Source: an uncultured cyanobacterium (GTDB taxonomy: Bacteria; Cyanobacteriota; Cyanobacteriia; Cyanobacteriales; Microcystaceae). From it: a stretch of DNA of 64,000 nucleotides. Both the position numbers and the translations under genes were made by a program. The notes under the pieces are model-generated. The model made no database searches. It saw only the letters and a list, made by a program, of their open reading frames with translations, and was not told the DNA's origin. The DNA is taken from positions 1 through 64,000 of the forward strand of contig CAWEDJ010000075.1 of assembly GCA_963807635.1 (NCBI GenBank), given 5' to 3'. Each line of letters begins with the position of its first letter. Positions within the stretch are counted from its first letter, which is position 1. Below, in pieces: positions 54,254-64,000 of the stretch.

Positions 54254-55162
54254 ATGGAAAAGCCTCAAGTACTCGGTATTGATTTAGGGGGAACGGCGAT
54301 TAAATTAGGCAGATTTCTGGAAGATGGAACCTGTTTACAATCCCTCTCCCTACCCACCCCCCAACCCGCCTTACCGATCGCTGTTTTTGAAACCTTGATG
54401 CAAGGGATTCATTTACTCAAAACGGAGCATTGCATCGCGATCGGTATTGGTACTCCAGGCCCTTCGGATAAAACGGGACGCATTGCCAAACTTGCCATTA
54501 ATTTACCCGAATGGGTCAATATTCCCCTAGCCGATTGGGTAGAAAAGGAAACCCATTTACCCACAACCCTCAGTAATGATGCCAATTGTGCAGGTTTAGG
54601 GGAAGCTTGGTTAGGGGCTGGTAGGAGGTTTCAAAATTTTATTTTATTAACCCTCGGTACGGGCGTAGGGGGAGCGGTTTTCTTGAATGGTGAACTCTTT
54701 ACAGGGTTACAGGGAGCGGGGGGAGAATTGGGTTTAATCTCCATTAATTTCGATGGCCCCATCTGTAATAGTGGAAATCGTGGCTCCTTGGAACAATATG
54801 TTTCCCTTCAAGGCATTCGACGAGAGACAGGAAAGGAAGGATTGGAGTTAGCGGAATTAGCCGAAAAAGGAGATCCAGAAGCCTTAGCTTTTTGGCAACA
54901 TTACGGCCAATTGTTGGGAGTAGGGGTAGCGAATTTGGTTTATATCCTAACTCCAGAGGCAGTGATTCTCGGTGGTGGTCTCAGTGCTAGTGCGAAGTTT
55001 TTTTTGCCTGCCATGATAACGGAATTAAATCAACGGGTTTTAAGTCCCTCTAGGGAAAATTTGGCGATCGCAGTAGCAGAGTTGGGTAATGATGCGGGGA
55101 TGTTGGGGGCGGCTAAATTGGCTTGGCAGATGGTCAAAAGTTGGGACTTAAAGTTACCGTAA
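54254..55162 (+). CDS. ROK-family sugar kinase
   Basis: GIDLGGT, NDANCA, TLGTGVGG, GELG, CNSGNRGSLE. Confidence 0.92.
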   Translation: MEKPQVLGIDLGGTAIKLGRFLEDGTCLQSLSLPTPQPALPIAVFETLMQGIHLLKTEHCIAIGIGTPGPSDKTGRIAKLAINLPEWVNIPLADWVEKETHLPTTLSNDANCAGLGEAWLGAGRRFQNFILLTLGTGVGGAVFLNGELFTGLQGAGGELGLISINFDGPICNSGNRGSLEQYVSLQGIRRETGKEGLELAELAEKGDPEALAFWQHYGQLLGVGVANLVYILTPEAVILGGGLSASAKFFLPAMITELNQRVLSPSRENLAIAVAELGNDAGMLGAAKLAWQMVKSWDLKLP

Positions 55163-55384
55163 TAAACCCTTGTTTGGGAATAATAAGTGTGTTTTCTGGA
55201 TTGGGAGGGTGATACTCGAAAGGTGCAGAAATTCAGTCATTACGGTAATTTGAACACTTTAATGATTGACGATGATAACCGACATCAGCACCAGTCGGAA
55301 GTGACGAATATTTTGGCGGATCTGGTTTAGTAGGCGATCGCGCTAAATTTGTAGGTTATTGAATTTCACATTGTATTTAAAGTT

Positions 55385-56589
55385 TTAATCAGGAAAATAT
55401 GATAAAAGACTCTCAATAGATCCTGTTGGAGCCAAATGAAAGGCTTGAATAGCTGGTGCTTGATTTCTTACTTCATTAATTAAGGCGGATATATAACTTA
55501 ATTTTTTATCATTATGAGGCTCTGTTTGTAATTTCATAAAAGAGGGTAAAGAAGTCCCATCAAATTCTTCTATGCGGTATGCTCTAAAATATCCTGTCAG
55601 CACAGATGCTCTTACGGAATAGTATACAAAAAATTCATTTATATTATTAAAGTAGCTTGATGATTGTGTTATTGAAATAATCTCCAATATTTTTCGCAAT
55701 GAGTATTGTATTGCTATTTCACTACGTATGACTGGGTGGGGATGTTTACCTTGCGTTAATTCAAGGTCTTCGTTGTAAGTACCATAAAATCTTTGAAACA
55801 TACACTCCATAGAGCATAATAAAAAGTAAAATGGGATATGATTTAATCGGTTTGTCCTCCAAAGTTGAAAAAAGTAAAATCTATGGCTTGTACATCAGCA
55901 AGGATTTCACGTGCCTGCCCTTTCAAATTAGTCTCATGATTGACGTTATAATTTATTTCTGATATTTCCACAGTTTGGGTATCTATATTTTTAATCTGCT
56001 CGTTTAATAAATAATGTTGCTGAACAATATGACCTAACTCATGAAAAAAAGTCCAAATTAGCATTAGTTCAAACATTAAAAATCTACAATTCACATCATT
56101 TTTATCAATTCGGGAATCGTTTGCCTGTTCTACAGTTTCACCAAAAATAATGCAATAATCAATTAAATCAGAAGAGATAAAGCTTTCATGAACTTCGGGT
56201 ATTCCAGTATTAAATGTAAATGAGGCATTGGTAAATGCACTATGAGACATATGCAGGTTTTCAATTGCATTTGTTTCTTTTGCAATGCGTTTGCAAAATA
56301 GTGGGAATGTGAAAGAATCTCTGTAAATTTCGATTAATAATGACAATTCAAGTTCAATTTTGGGATTAAATGGTTTATCTGTATATATGATAGCTCTTGC
56401 GTTGGGCCTTCCACTAAATACTTTGATTTCATATGTTAATTCACCATTTTTGGGATTGAATATTTTCTCGTTTACAATATTTTTGAGATTGTTTAATATT
56501 TTTAATGATATTTCCTCAATAAATTCTACATTCATATAATCGATCTCTTTCTCAAGCCTAAGAATTTTCGTTGCATCTTTTATGTTCAT
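55385..56589 (-). CDS. HExxH metallopeptidase-like protein (Lit/peptidase U49-like), split by a slip in a T-run near 55870
   Basis: FFHELGH, REILAD, then HPHPVIR in the second ORF; the shifted frame bridges the two ORFs. Confidence 0.6.
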
Positions 56590-56782
56590 CGTATATTCAG
56601 AGTAATAAGGGCTGTTGTTTGAAGATAATTGTCCAAAATGAGTGACGGTCACGATATTTGGAAAAAGACGATCAAATACTCAGTTCGTCCGCGACACTAA
56701 CGTATTATAATCGCTAGTTCTTCTATTAGTTTAATATCTTTGGAGTAAGGTTTGAGTAGATCTGATCGACCCAAATCCAAAG

Positions 56783-56881
56783 AATGCCAACCTCGACAAT
56801 GCTAAAAACTTAACCAATAGTCAGATGAAAACGGCCTGTAATTTGGGAAAAGCCATATACACTAAAGCAAAATTTGATTAA
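56783..56881 (+). pseudogene. Fragment of a pentapeptide-repeat protein C-terminus
   Basis: NANLDNAKNLTNSQMKTACNLGKAIY with no start codon. Confidence 0.45.
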
Positions 56882-56986
56882 ACAAGATAAAGCCTCAGAC
56901 CCTAAAAAACCTTCTAGTCTCTCAATATGAAAGTAAAAACACATCCTATCCCGTCAAACCGAGTCATCAACCCAGTCCAAATCATA

Positions 56987-57057
56987 GCTATCTACCCCGT
57001 TGAGATGATCCGAACAAACTAAATGGGGATCGTGGGCATAAAATAAACTGCGATCGC
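56987..57057 (+). repeat. 71-bp direct repeat, copy 1
   Basis: GCTAT.TACCCC.TTG..GATGATCCGAACAAACTAA...TGGGCATA...GCGATCGC, repeated at 57727-57797. Confidence 0.9.
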
Positions 57058-57104
57058 GTTTTTTAAATCATCTGTAAAATGGCAAAAAGTCCCAATTTTG
57101 CGAA

Positions 57105-57383
57105 TTACGATTGATGTTTAACGTAGGTTCGCAATACATCATTAATAAGCGTTTGATAGCCTTTTTCTTGAGCATGACTCCTGAACCACTCTAGAATTTC
57201 CGTCTCTATTCTGATACTAATTTGCTCTGTCTTAGGGCTTCGTTTGACCAGTTTAGCATTCTTGAAAAACTCATCATCTAAGGGGGGAATATCCGAATAA
57301 TCGATATCTTCATCGGACATTGCTAGGAATTTCTTTTGTCGCTCTTCAAGAGATATATCAGATGAAAATTTATTGTCGCTCAT
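57105..57383 (-). CDS. BrnA-family antitoxin
   Basis: DEDIDYSDIPPL, ISIRI...LEWF, GYQTLINDVLR. Confidence 0.9.
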   Translation of the reverse strand: MSDNKFSSDISLEERQKKFLAMSDEDIDYSDIPPLDDEFFKNAKLVKRSPKTEQISIRIETEILEWFRSHAQEKGYQTLINDVLRTYVKHQS

Positions 57384-57657
57384 GGCGTTTCCTCTCTCGT
57401 TCATTAGCTTTTCTGGCTGATATCAGACGAATTGTTTGATTTCTTTGGGTATGAATAACCACGATGATCACCGTCTTTTCTTGGGTAACGAGAATTATTT
57501 GTCCTATTGAAACAAATCTCGTTTCTCCATAGTTGAATCGAGTGTCTTCATAGTTCAGGATATTGGGATCATCAAAGATAGCGATCGCTTCCTCGAAGCT
57601 GATACCGTGTTTGGCAATGTTGCTTTGGTTTTTGTTGTTGTCCCAATCGAAGTTCAT
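57370..57657 (-). CDS. BrnT-family toxin
   Basis: FDWDNNKNQSNIAKHGISFEEA, YGETR, IRLISARKA. Confidence 0.92.
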   Translation of the reverse strand: MNFDWDNNKNQSNIAKHGISFEEAIAIFDDPNILNYEDTRFNYGETRFVSIGQIILVTQEKTVIIVVIHTQRNQTIRLISARKANERERKRHERQ

Positions 57658-57726
57658 ATTATATATATACATTATTGTATATACAAAATCAAGCGTCAGG
57701 GAAACAGCAAATTTTAGGTTGCGATC

Positions 57727-57797
57727 GCTATTTACCCCATTGGGGATGATCCGAACAAACTAATCGGGGTCATGGGCATAGGATAGGCAGCGATCGC
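57727..57797 (+). repeat. 71-bp direct repeat, copy 2
   Basis: See 56987-57057. Confidence 0.9.
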
Positions 57798-57828
57798 ACC
57801 CTTTAAGATCAAAAAAAGATCAAAGGTT

Positions 57829-58863
57829 CTATTGGACTGATCCCAGGCTTTTTTGTGATGTTGAGACAGGAATATTTTTAACTAAGCGAAAACCAATGTG
57901 CGATGTTCCCGTATTTGTTTCTTCCGCTTCCCTTGCGGCGGGACGATAACGACTACAATAATTTTTAGCACAGAGAAAGGAACCCCCTTTGATAACGTGC
58001 TTGGCAACCCCTGGTTCCCTGGGATCAAGACTGTCTGATGGATTTTCCACTAATGGATCGGTTTTTCCTGATTTATTTTCATGGCTTACTTGATACCAAT
58101 CCTTTGTCCATTCCCAAACATTACCTGTCATATCATAAAGCCCATAGCCGTTAGCAGGAAAAGACCCGACTTTAGCAGTTCCTAAAAATTCATCTTCTTC
58201 CGTATTAAAAAAAGGAAATACCCCCTGCCAGGTATTGGCCTTTTTAGCGGAATATTGATTGCCCCAGCTATAGGTCATTTTAGATAAGCCTCCTCGTGCG
58301 GCGTATTCCCATTGGGCTTCGCTGGGTAAGGATTTTCCAGCCCATTTTGCATAACTCTCGGCATCTTCAAAGGCGATTTGTACGACGGGATGATTTTCTT
58401 TACCGACAATAGAACTGTTTCGCCCCTGGGGATGTTGCCAGTCTGCTCCCTGTACCCAATGCCACCAACTAAGCGGTTCAATTTCGGTGACTCCTGCTTC
58501 GGGAGGAATGAAAACGAGGGAACCAGGCTGACGTTCTTCGGGTTTTAGGGTTGGAAATTCTTCGACGGAAAGGGGACGTTCAGCGACAGTTTTGTAACCT
58601 GTTTCTGACACAAATTGAGCGAATTGGGCGTTAGTGACTTCGTGGCGGTCTATACAAAAATCCCTTACTTTGACTTGATTGACACTTTTTTCTTCTGCAT
58701 AAAATTCATCGGAACCCATCCGAAAAGTTCCCTCCTGAATGGCTGCCATATTGTCAGGACAGGTAAGAGTTTCTGCGAATGCCTGGGGATTAACAATCCA
58801 AGAAGTTGTAAAAACAAGAAGGGCGATCGCGGTAATTAGGATTAATTTAAAATTAGCAATCAT
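57829..58863 (-). CDS. Formylglycine-generating enzyme family protein (SUMF1-like) with signal peptide
   Basis: HPVVQ, LPSEAQWEYAARGG, DMTGNVWEW, catalytic-type KGGSFLCAKNYCSRYR. Confidence 0.9.
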   Translation of the reverse strand: MIANFKLILITAIALLVFTTSWIVNPQAFAETLTCPDNMAAIQEGTFRMGSDEFYAEEKSVNQVKVRDFCIDRHEVTNAQFAQFVSETGYKTVAERPLSVEEFPTLKPEERQPGSLVFIPPEAGVTEIEPLSWWHWVQGADWQHPQGRNSSIVGKENHPVVQIAFEDAESYAKWAGKSLPSEAQWEYAARGGLSKMTYSWGNQYSAKKANTWQGVFPFFNTEEDEFLGTAKVGSFPANGYGLYDMTGNVWEWTKDWYQVSHENKSGKTDPLVENPSDSLDPREPGVAKHVIKGGSFLCAKNYCSRYRPAAREAEETNTGTSHIGFRLVKNIPVSTSQKSLGSVQ

Positions 58864-58873
58864 AGATAAACAA

Positions 58874-59461
58874 TTAATTAGGGGATTTATCAAATATCAC
58901 GTTTTCATAGAGTTCGGGAAAAGAAATTTGAAATTCAACTGAATTGAGAGAGAGGATAGAATTAACTCCCATATATTCAGATAACAACCATTTTCCTTTC
59001 TGGGTTTTATTAAACTGCATCACATAATATTGATCCTGACTAATCAAAATATATTCTTGAAATTGAGGAATAGAACGATAGTAGAAAAATTTATCCCCCT
59101 GATCATAATTTTGGGTCGATTTTGATAAAACTTCAACGATTAGGGAAGGATTCAGCACAGTCGTTTTTCCGCTACCGTAATAGATAGATTCCCCTTGAAT
59201 TAACATTACGTCGGGGTATGTTCCTTGACGATAGGTTGGAATCCACAGTTTTACGTCACCGATAAAAATATCATATTGCTTGCGTTTTAAGGTGAATTTC
59301 AAATTCGAGGCAAAATTGAGGGCGATTTTATTATGCTCCGTTGTTTCGCTTGTTATTGATACTATTTCTCCATCTTGATATTCGTGTTTATCGTCTGCCG
59401 TTTCTTCGAGTGCAAGATATTCCTCAAAGCTGTAATGTTTTTTTTCTAGGGCAACTGTCAT
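58874..59461 (-). CDS. Uma2-family endonuclease
   Basis: EYQDGEI, YPDVM, IVEVLSKST..YD.GDKF..YR. Confidence 0.92.
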   Translation of the reverse strand: MTVALEKKHYSFEEYLALEETADDKHEYQDGEIVSITSETTEHNKIALNFASNLKFTLKRKQYDIFIGDVKLWIPTYRQGTYPDVMLIQGESIYYGSGKTTVLNPSLIVEVLSKSTQNYDQGDKFFYYRSIPQFQEYILISQDQYYVMQFNKTQKGKWLLSEYMGVNSILSLNSVEFQISFPELYENVIFDKSPN

Positions 59462-59742
59462 AATTTATGCCTGAGTTATTAAACTAATTTAATGATATAG
59501 AAAAACATAACGCGATCGCCTTTTATCTTTCAATAAGACACGATGTTGCTGTCAGCCAATTCTTTGCTCACAAGCGGGCTGAATCTCTAGAAACCGTTTA
59601 TTTACCGATTCAACCCAGATCGCCTACGACAATCTCGATCAATAACGACCCCTGCACAGAAAATTCTTTTCAGAAGATGGAGGGATGTACCATAGAATCT
59701 TGTCGATGTCCCTATCCTCCGCTATTAAGTTGCTATAAGTTT

Positions 59743-60420
59743 ATGACCCTAATTCTCACCAACGACGATGGCATTGATGCCCCTGGAATTTTGGCCCTCA
59801 GCCAAGCAGTCCAAGGTAAAGGAGTGATTGTCGCACCAAAAGAACACCATTCGGGCTGTGGTCATCAAATTACAGCCTATAATCCCATCCATGTCGAAAA
59901 ACGTTCCGCAACGGTCTTTGCTGTTGGTGGGACTCCCGCCGATTGCACCCGTTTAGGACTCACTCATCTCCATCCCCAGGCCGAATGGGTTTTGTCGGGT
60001 ATTAATGCGGGGGGAAATTTGGGGGTTGATGCCTATATTTCTGGAACCGTTGCCGCCGTTCGAGAAGCGGCTATGTTGGGGTTTAAAGCGATCGCCTTTT
60101 CCCATTGGATTAAGCGTCCTCTAGAAATTGATTGGCAACTGGCAAGCCTCTGGACAGCCGATGTTTTAGAAAAATTATGGACATTACCCCTACCCGCTAA
60201 ACATTTTTGGAATGTAAATTTACCCCACCTCGAAAAGGGTTTACCGACTCCAGAAATCGTTTTTTGTGAACCGAGTACCGATCCTCTGCCCGTTTCCTAC
60301 GAAATAGAGGGAGAATCCTACCGCTATCGGGGAGAATATGCCAAACGCGATCGCACATTAGGAACCGATGTGGATATTTGTTTTTCGGGGAAAATTGCCA
60401 TTACTCAGTTAAGGGTTTAA
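59743..60420 (+). CDS. surE: 5'/3'-nucleotidase SurE
   Basis: LTNDDGIDAPG, GTPADC, SGINAGGN, SGTVAA. Confidence 0.93.
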   Translation: MTLILTNDDGIDAPGILALSQAVQGKGVIVAPKEHHSGCGHQITAYNPIHVEKRSATVFAVGGTPADCTRLGLTHLHPQAEWVLSGINAGGNLGVDAYISGTVAAVREAAMLGFKAIAFSHWIKRPLEIDWQLASLWTADVLEKLWTLPLPAKHFWNVNLPHLEKGLPTPEIVFCEPSTDPLPVSYEIEGESYRYRGEYAKRDRTLGTDVDICFSGKIAITQLRV

Positions 60421-60465
60421 TTCTTTAATCGCGATCGCTGGTGAATGGTTAATCACTTTAAATCA

Positions 60466-60699
60466 TTATTTTGGATTAGAGGGCAACATTTTTTGAATCA
60501 TCGCGGGAAGATTTAAAATTTCTGCCCAAAGTTTTTCGGGACTAATGCCAAAAGCAAACTGCAAAACGAGGACAATTAGGGCAATACTAATCGCTGTTTT
60601 TAGGCTGACTTTAATGACATTTAATAACCAACCAAAAATTAACCAAGCAACGATCACCGCTCCAATTAAAAGGACAATTTGCATAGTGTTTGCTGTCAT
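60466..60699 (-). CDS. Small two-TM hypothetical protein
   Basis: Two hydrophobic helices; fills the gap downstream of dxr. Confidence 0.75.
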   Translation of the reverse strand: MTANTMQIVLLIGAVIVAWLIFGWLLNVIKVSLKTAISIALIVLVLQFAFGISPEKLWAEILNLPAMIQKMLPSNPK

Positions 60700-60718
60700 C
60701 TAATAGGTTATTTCGATT

Positions 60719-61915
60719 CTAGCTAACGGAAATGATGCGATCGCCCTTTTGGAGAGATTGACTCGCATTCAGTAGGGTTTCCCTAGCCCATTCATCAGCA
60801 AAAAGAATATCCTCTAAACTCGGCGTAGCAGTATTTTGAGTCGTAAAGCGATCGCAAGTAGTTTCAATTAACCGAGGAATATCCAAAAAGCTGATTTTTT
60901 CGTCTAAAAAGAGAGCCACCGCCTGTTCATTGGCCGCATTTAAAACCGCAGGCATCGCTCCCCCCGTCCGACCTGCCGCGTAGGCCAACTGCATACAGGG
61001 ATATTTATGATGATCGGGTTCACGGAAAGTTAAATTCCCCGCTTTGACCAGATCTAATGGTTCCCAATCCGTATGAAGGCGATCGGGCCAGGAAAGAGCG
61101 TAAAGTAGGGGTAAACGCATATCAGGCCAGCCTAATTGAGCTAAAACCGAGGTATCCTGCACTTCAATCAGGGAATGAATAATACTTTGGGGATGGATGA
61201 CAATATCGATCGCATCGTAATCTACCCCAAAGAGATAATGAGCTTCAATGACTTCCAAGCCCTTATTCATCAGGGTTGCCGAATCGATGGTGATTTTGCG
61301 ACCCATTGACCAATTTGGATGTTTGAGGGCATCTTGCACCGTCACAAAGGGCAACTGTTCCACCGACCAATCACGGAACGCGCCCCCCGAAGCTGTTAAA
61401 ATAATGCGTCGCAGCCCACCGTCGGGAACGCCCTGCAAACATTGAAAAATAGCGGAATGTTCTGAATCGGCGGGTAATAATTTGACTCCATGTTTTTCTA
61501 CCAATGGCAAAACCACTGGCCCGCCCGCAATCAAGGTTTCCTTATTGGCTAGGGCAATATCTTTTCCTGCTTCAATAGCGGCGATCGTCGGCAACAAGCC
61601 CGCACAACCCACAATGCCTGTGACCACACTTTCTGCATCGCCATAACGAGCGACTTCTACCATGCCATTTTCGCCTGTGACAAATTCGGGTTGGTAGTTT
61701 AAATCCGCGATCGCGACTTTGAGTTCATTGAGGCGAGACTCATGGCTAATGGCAACGATTTCTGGTCGAAAGGTGCGAATTTGTTGAGATAATAGCTGTA
61801 TATTATTCCCTGCGGCTAAACCGACCACCTGAAATTGTTCTGGGTATTGGGTGACAATATCGAGGGTCTGAGTACCGATGGAGCCAGTCGAGCCAAGAAT
61901 AGAAATGCGTTTCAC
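60719..61915 (-). CDS. dxr: 1-deoxy-D-xylulose-5-phosphate reductoisomerase
   Basis: [41 protein letters not shown]. Confidence 0.97.
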   Translation of the reverse strand: MKRISILGSTGSIGTQTLDIVTQYPEQFQVVGLAAGNNIQLLSQQIRTFRPEIVAISHESRLNELKVAIADLNYQPEFVTGENGMVEVARYGDAESVVTGIVGCAGLLPTIAAIEAGKDIALANKETLIAGGPVVLPLVEKHGVKLLPADSEHSAIFQCLQGVPDGGLRRIILTASGGAFRDWSVEQLPFVTVQDALKHPNWSMGRKITIDSATLMNKGLEVIEAHYLFGVDYDAIDIVIHPQSIIHSLIEVQDTSVLAQLGWPDMRLPLLYALSWPDRLHTDWEPLDLVKAGNLTFREPDHHKYPCMQLAYAAGRTGGAMPAVLNAANEQAVALFLDEKISFLDIPRLIETTCDRFTTQNTATPSLEDILFADEWARETLLNASQSLQKGDRIISVS

Positions 61916-62011
61916 AATTATTGCTTGAACGGAGATCACCTTTTAATATAGAAGGTTAGGTTACATCTGAGAAGCTTTCTGTACTTTTTCTGGCGACTAA
62001 TTCAAGCGTAG

Positions 62012-62206
62012 TTATAAATTTTCATCATTCATCAGTTGAGATTTACCTTTAGCAATTTCCTGTTTAGCTTGTTTGACGGCTTTAATCAAATTATTTTAGG
62101 TTTTGCTAACAAGGTTATTCCATTCTAGTTCATTTTGAAGACTAGCAATATATTCTCGAAGATGTTCAATAATTTGGGGAATGGTGGCTATATTTTCGGA
62201 AAACAT
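62012..62206 (-). pseudogene. Degenerate antitoxin-like gene (internal TAA)
   Basis: MFSENIAT...EHLREYIASLQNELEWNNLVSKT*NNLIKAVKQAKQEIAKGK. Confidence 0.5.
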
Positions 62207-62257
62207 CGGTTAAATTTAGATTTTCAATTAGTCGCAAAAACAAAATAAAAAACTCAA

Positions 62258-62593
62258 TCAATTAACAGCATATTCTGTAAATTGACGCATAAAGGAGGAA
62301 TGAAAGCCAACCACAATATCCTGTTTTGGAACTCCTGCTTTAACTAATTCTTCGGCAAAATCAATTTCAGTTCCGTTATATTGGAGCCAGATTTTTCCAT
62401 CTTTTATATCAAAGTGTAGAATACAGCCATAAATGCGATGATTGTCTTCCCAACCAACGTTAACAATTTGATAGTGATCTCGTTCTACATCAAAAATTAA
62501 TTCTCTATCTACATTTTGGCGTTGATAATCATCACTAACATAGTCTTTTAAAAGGTTTTGAATAATGTCTCGATAGGTGTTTATTTTATCCAT
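62258..62593 (-). CDS. xisI: XisI-family protein
   Basis: LIFD..RDHYQ...GW, HFDIKDGKIWLQYNGTE, GVPKQDIVVGF. Confidence 0.92.
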   Translation of the reverse strand: MDKINTYRDIIQNLLKDYVSDDYQRQNVDRELIFDVERDHYQIVNVGWEDNHRIYGCILHFDIKDGKIWLQYNGTEIDFAEELVKAGVPKQDIVVGFHSSFMRQFTEYAVN

Positions 62594-62645
62594 TGTTGAA
62601 TAACCTCCTGATCGGGATTATAAACAATTAATTTGATATTAATGT
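62581..62645 (-). pseudogene. 3' remnant of xisH
   Basis: IKLIVYNPDQEVIQQWIK* overlaps the xisI start as xisH normally does; the rest is absent. Confidence 0.65.
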
Positions 62646-62830
62646 TAAAAGTGAGTAGTGAAGTAGATCGCTCTAGCCCTTACGAAAGAGAAGAGTCTTC
62701 ATCAAAGGAATTTTGAGGGATTTCATTCCAAGACCATCGTTCAAAGTAGTCATCAAGCAATCGGTTCATTTCTGGCTGGGCTGTTTGATAGCCGTCTTTT
62801 GTCCTTCGAGGCGATCGCGGGATAAATTTA

Positions 62831-63148
62831 TTACGTTTTTTCAACCAAATCACCTCCCAAATATTTGTGCATCACATCCTGCACTACGGCAGAAACCGAC
62901 ATTCCTAACTGCTCCGCCAAATCATAAAGCTGATTGCTGTCCTGCATAGATAAATTAACCTCAATCTTTTGTCTAGCAATTTGCGCTCTTGCAATCTCTT
63001 GATACCGTTTCATTTCCTCTTCCACATTAGGAACACTAACCCATTCATCATTTTCAATACTCTCCATCAATTCTCTTTCTTCTTCATCTAACTTGAGTGC
63101 AACAGCAATTTCATCAAGGGTCATATTGTCAAAATCTAAATGTTGCAT
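62831..63148 (-). CDS. Putative antitoxin (C-terminal RHH-like)
   Basis: LDEEERELMESIENDEW...; immediately downstream of a toxin-like gene. Confidence 0.7.
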   Translation of the reverse strand: MQHLDFDNMTLDEIAVALKLDEEERELMESIENDEWVSVPNVEEEMKRYQEIARAQIARQKIEVNLSMQDSNQLYDLAEQLGMSVSAVVQDVMHKYLGGDLVEKT

Positions 63149-63153
63149 AGGGT

Positions 63154-63429
63154 TTACTCTCCAAAATAGCGTTTTTTCATTTTTCGATTAGGAAAAATAG
63201 TTTTTAAGAAAATAGTTGATTCACTTTCAACAAAAGGTACACAATAAACATAGCCCCTAAGATTAATAACAAAAGTTGATTGGTTAGGATATCTATCTGA
63301 ATTGGGATTTTTAATCGTATCAATCAGTCGTCCATTGTTAATCGCTTCAAATACTTCCTCAAAAGAAACACCTCGTTGCTGTTTAAGCTGTCGATTTTTG
63401 TCTTCGTTCCAAAGGTAGTCTTTCATCAT
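63154..63429 (-). CDS. BrnT-like toxin
   Basis: WNEDKNRQLKQQRGVSFEE, YPNQ, YCVPFV, FLKTIFPNRK. Confidence 0.8.
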   Translation of the reverse strand: MMKDYLWNEDKNRQLKQQRGVSFEEVFEAINNGRLIDTIKNPNSDRYPNQSTFVINLRGYVYCVPFVESESTIFLKTIFPNRKMKKRYFGE

Positions 63430-63442
63430 TAAATCAGAGTAG

Positions 63443-63468
63443 AGAGGGGTCAGAAAACCAACCCCTTT
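63443..63468 (-). terminator. Hairpin after the gltB stop (possible terminator or stabiliser)
   Basis: AGGGGTTGG-TTTT-CTGACCCCT on the minus strand; weak U-tract. Confidence 0.45.
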
Positions 63469-63480
63469 AGCGATTATAGC

Positions 63481-64000
63481 CTAACTACCGCCAATTCTTG
63501 CTACATCTCGCGCATTCTCCTCAAACGCCGCATTAAGGGCATCATCCCCACTTAAACCAGCCTCCAACGCATTCTTAATCGCCTGGAGAACCCGCTTATA
63601 ATCCTTCGGCATCACCTTCACAAACTTAGGAATCATCGACTCCCAATCCGCCAGAACAGCCTGAGCTTTTTCACTCTGGGTATAGGTGACATGGCTTTGA
63701 ATCAGATCATAAAGATCCTGGATTTCTTCGGGGTCTTCCAAAGATTCCAAACCCACCATCGACTGATTACAACGAGTCGCAAAATCTCCCGACTCATCGA
63801 GGATATAGGCCACACCGCCACTCATCCCCGCCGCAAAATTACGACCCGTCAAGCCAAGGACAACAACCTTACCGCCCGTCATGTATTCGCAACCGTGATC
63901 ACCGACAGCTTCCACCACCGTATTGACCCCCGAATTACGAACCCCAAAACGTTCGCCCGCCATCCCTGCAATATAGGCCTCACCACTGGTTGCACCGTAT
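63481..64000 (-). CDS. gltB: Glutamate synthase large subunit, C-terminal part (gene extends beyond the window)
   Basis: [42 protein letters not shown]. Confidence 0.93.
   Translation of the reverse strand, partial: YGATSGEAYIAGMAGERFGVRNSGVNTVVEAVGDHGCEYMTGGKVVVLGLTGRNFAAGMSGGVAYILDESGDFATRCNQSMVGLESLEDPEEIQDLYDLIQSHVTYTQSEKAQAVLADWESMIPKFVKVMPKDYKRVLQAIKNALEAGLSGDDALNAAFEENARDVARIGGS

Noticed and set aside
56987..57797. Direct repeats as a mini-CRISPR
   Set aside because: Only two 71-bp copies, separated by about 670 nt of protein-coding DNA; no cas genes.
57829..58863. Second FGE-domain gene as another DGR target
   Set aside because: It retains the catalytic-type CxxxxC (CAKNYC) motif and shows no AAY-derived codon pattern; it looks like an ordinary FGE enzyme.
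6605..62819. Dense GCGATCGC repeats as a new element
   Set aside because: This is the well-known cyanobacterial HIP1; it is used here only as a marker of native versus foreign DNA.

Overview
Chromosomal DNA of a cyanobacterium: the HIP1 octamer GCGATCGC is dense, and psbZ, hik2, a DXCF cyanobacteriochrome kinase, ribH, leuS, dxr, surE and gltB are present. Many small accessory cassettes are inserted between core genes. (1) 1-6650 is a nest of mobile elements. A group II intron sits antisense in the first codons of an Rpn/DUF4351 gene. A second, intact group II intron sits in the FLGW motif of the first intron's RT, and an IS5-family element cuts the same RT. (2) 10.5-17.8 kb is a light-sensor phosphorelay ending in an RcaC-like regulator fused to a GGDEF domain. 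(3) 45-50.6 kb is a defence-like locus: TerY vWA, a DUF6516 toxin-antitoxin pair, and a YegI-type kinase fused through a membrane helix to a CLec domain whose 3' end looks like a DGR variable region. A HEPN-motif gene bracketed by HIP1-anchored direct repeats follows, and the matching PP2C gene lies about 38 kb away. (4) Scattered solo defence candidates (GHKL ATPase-nuclease, NACHT, Lit-like peptidase), five TA pairs, IS1 and several MITEs. About 13 single-base frameshifts break otherwise intact genes, mostly at GGCC or homopolymers, and are probably sequencing errors. I saw no rRNA, tRNA or CRISPR array. All family assignments are from motif recognition by eye; no database searches were run.
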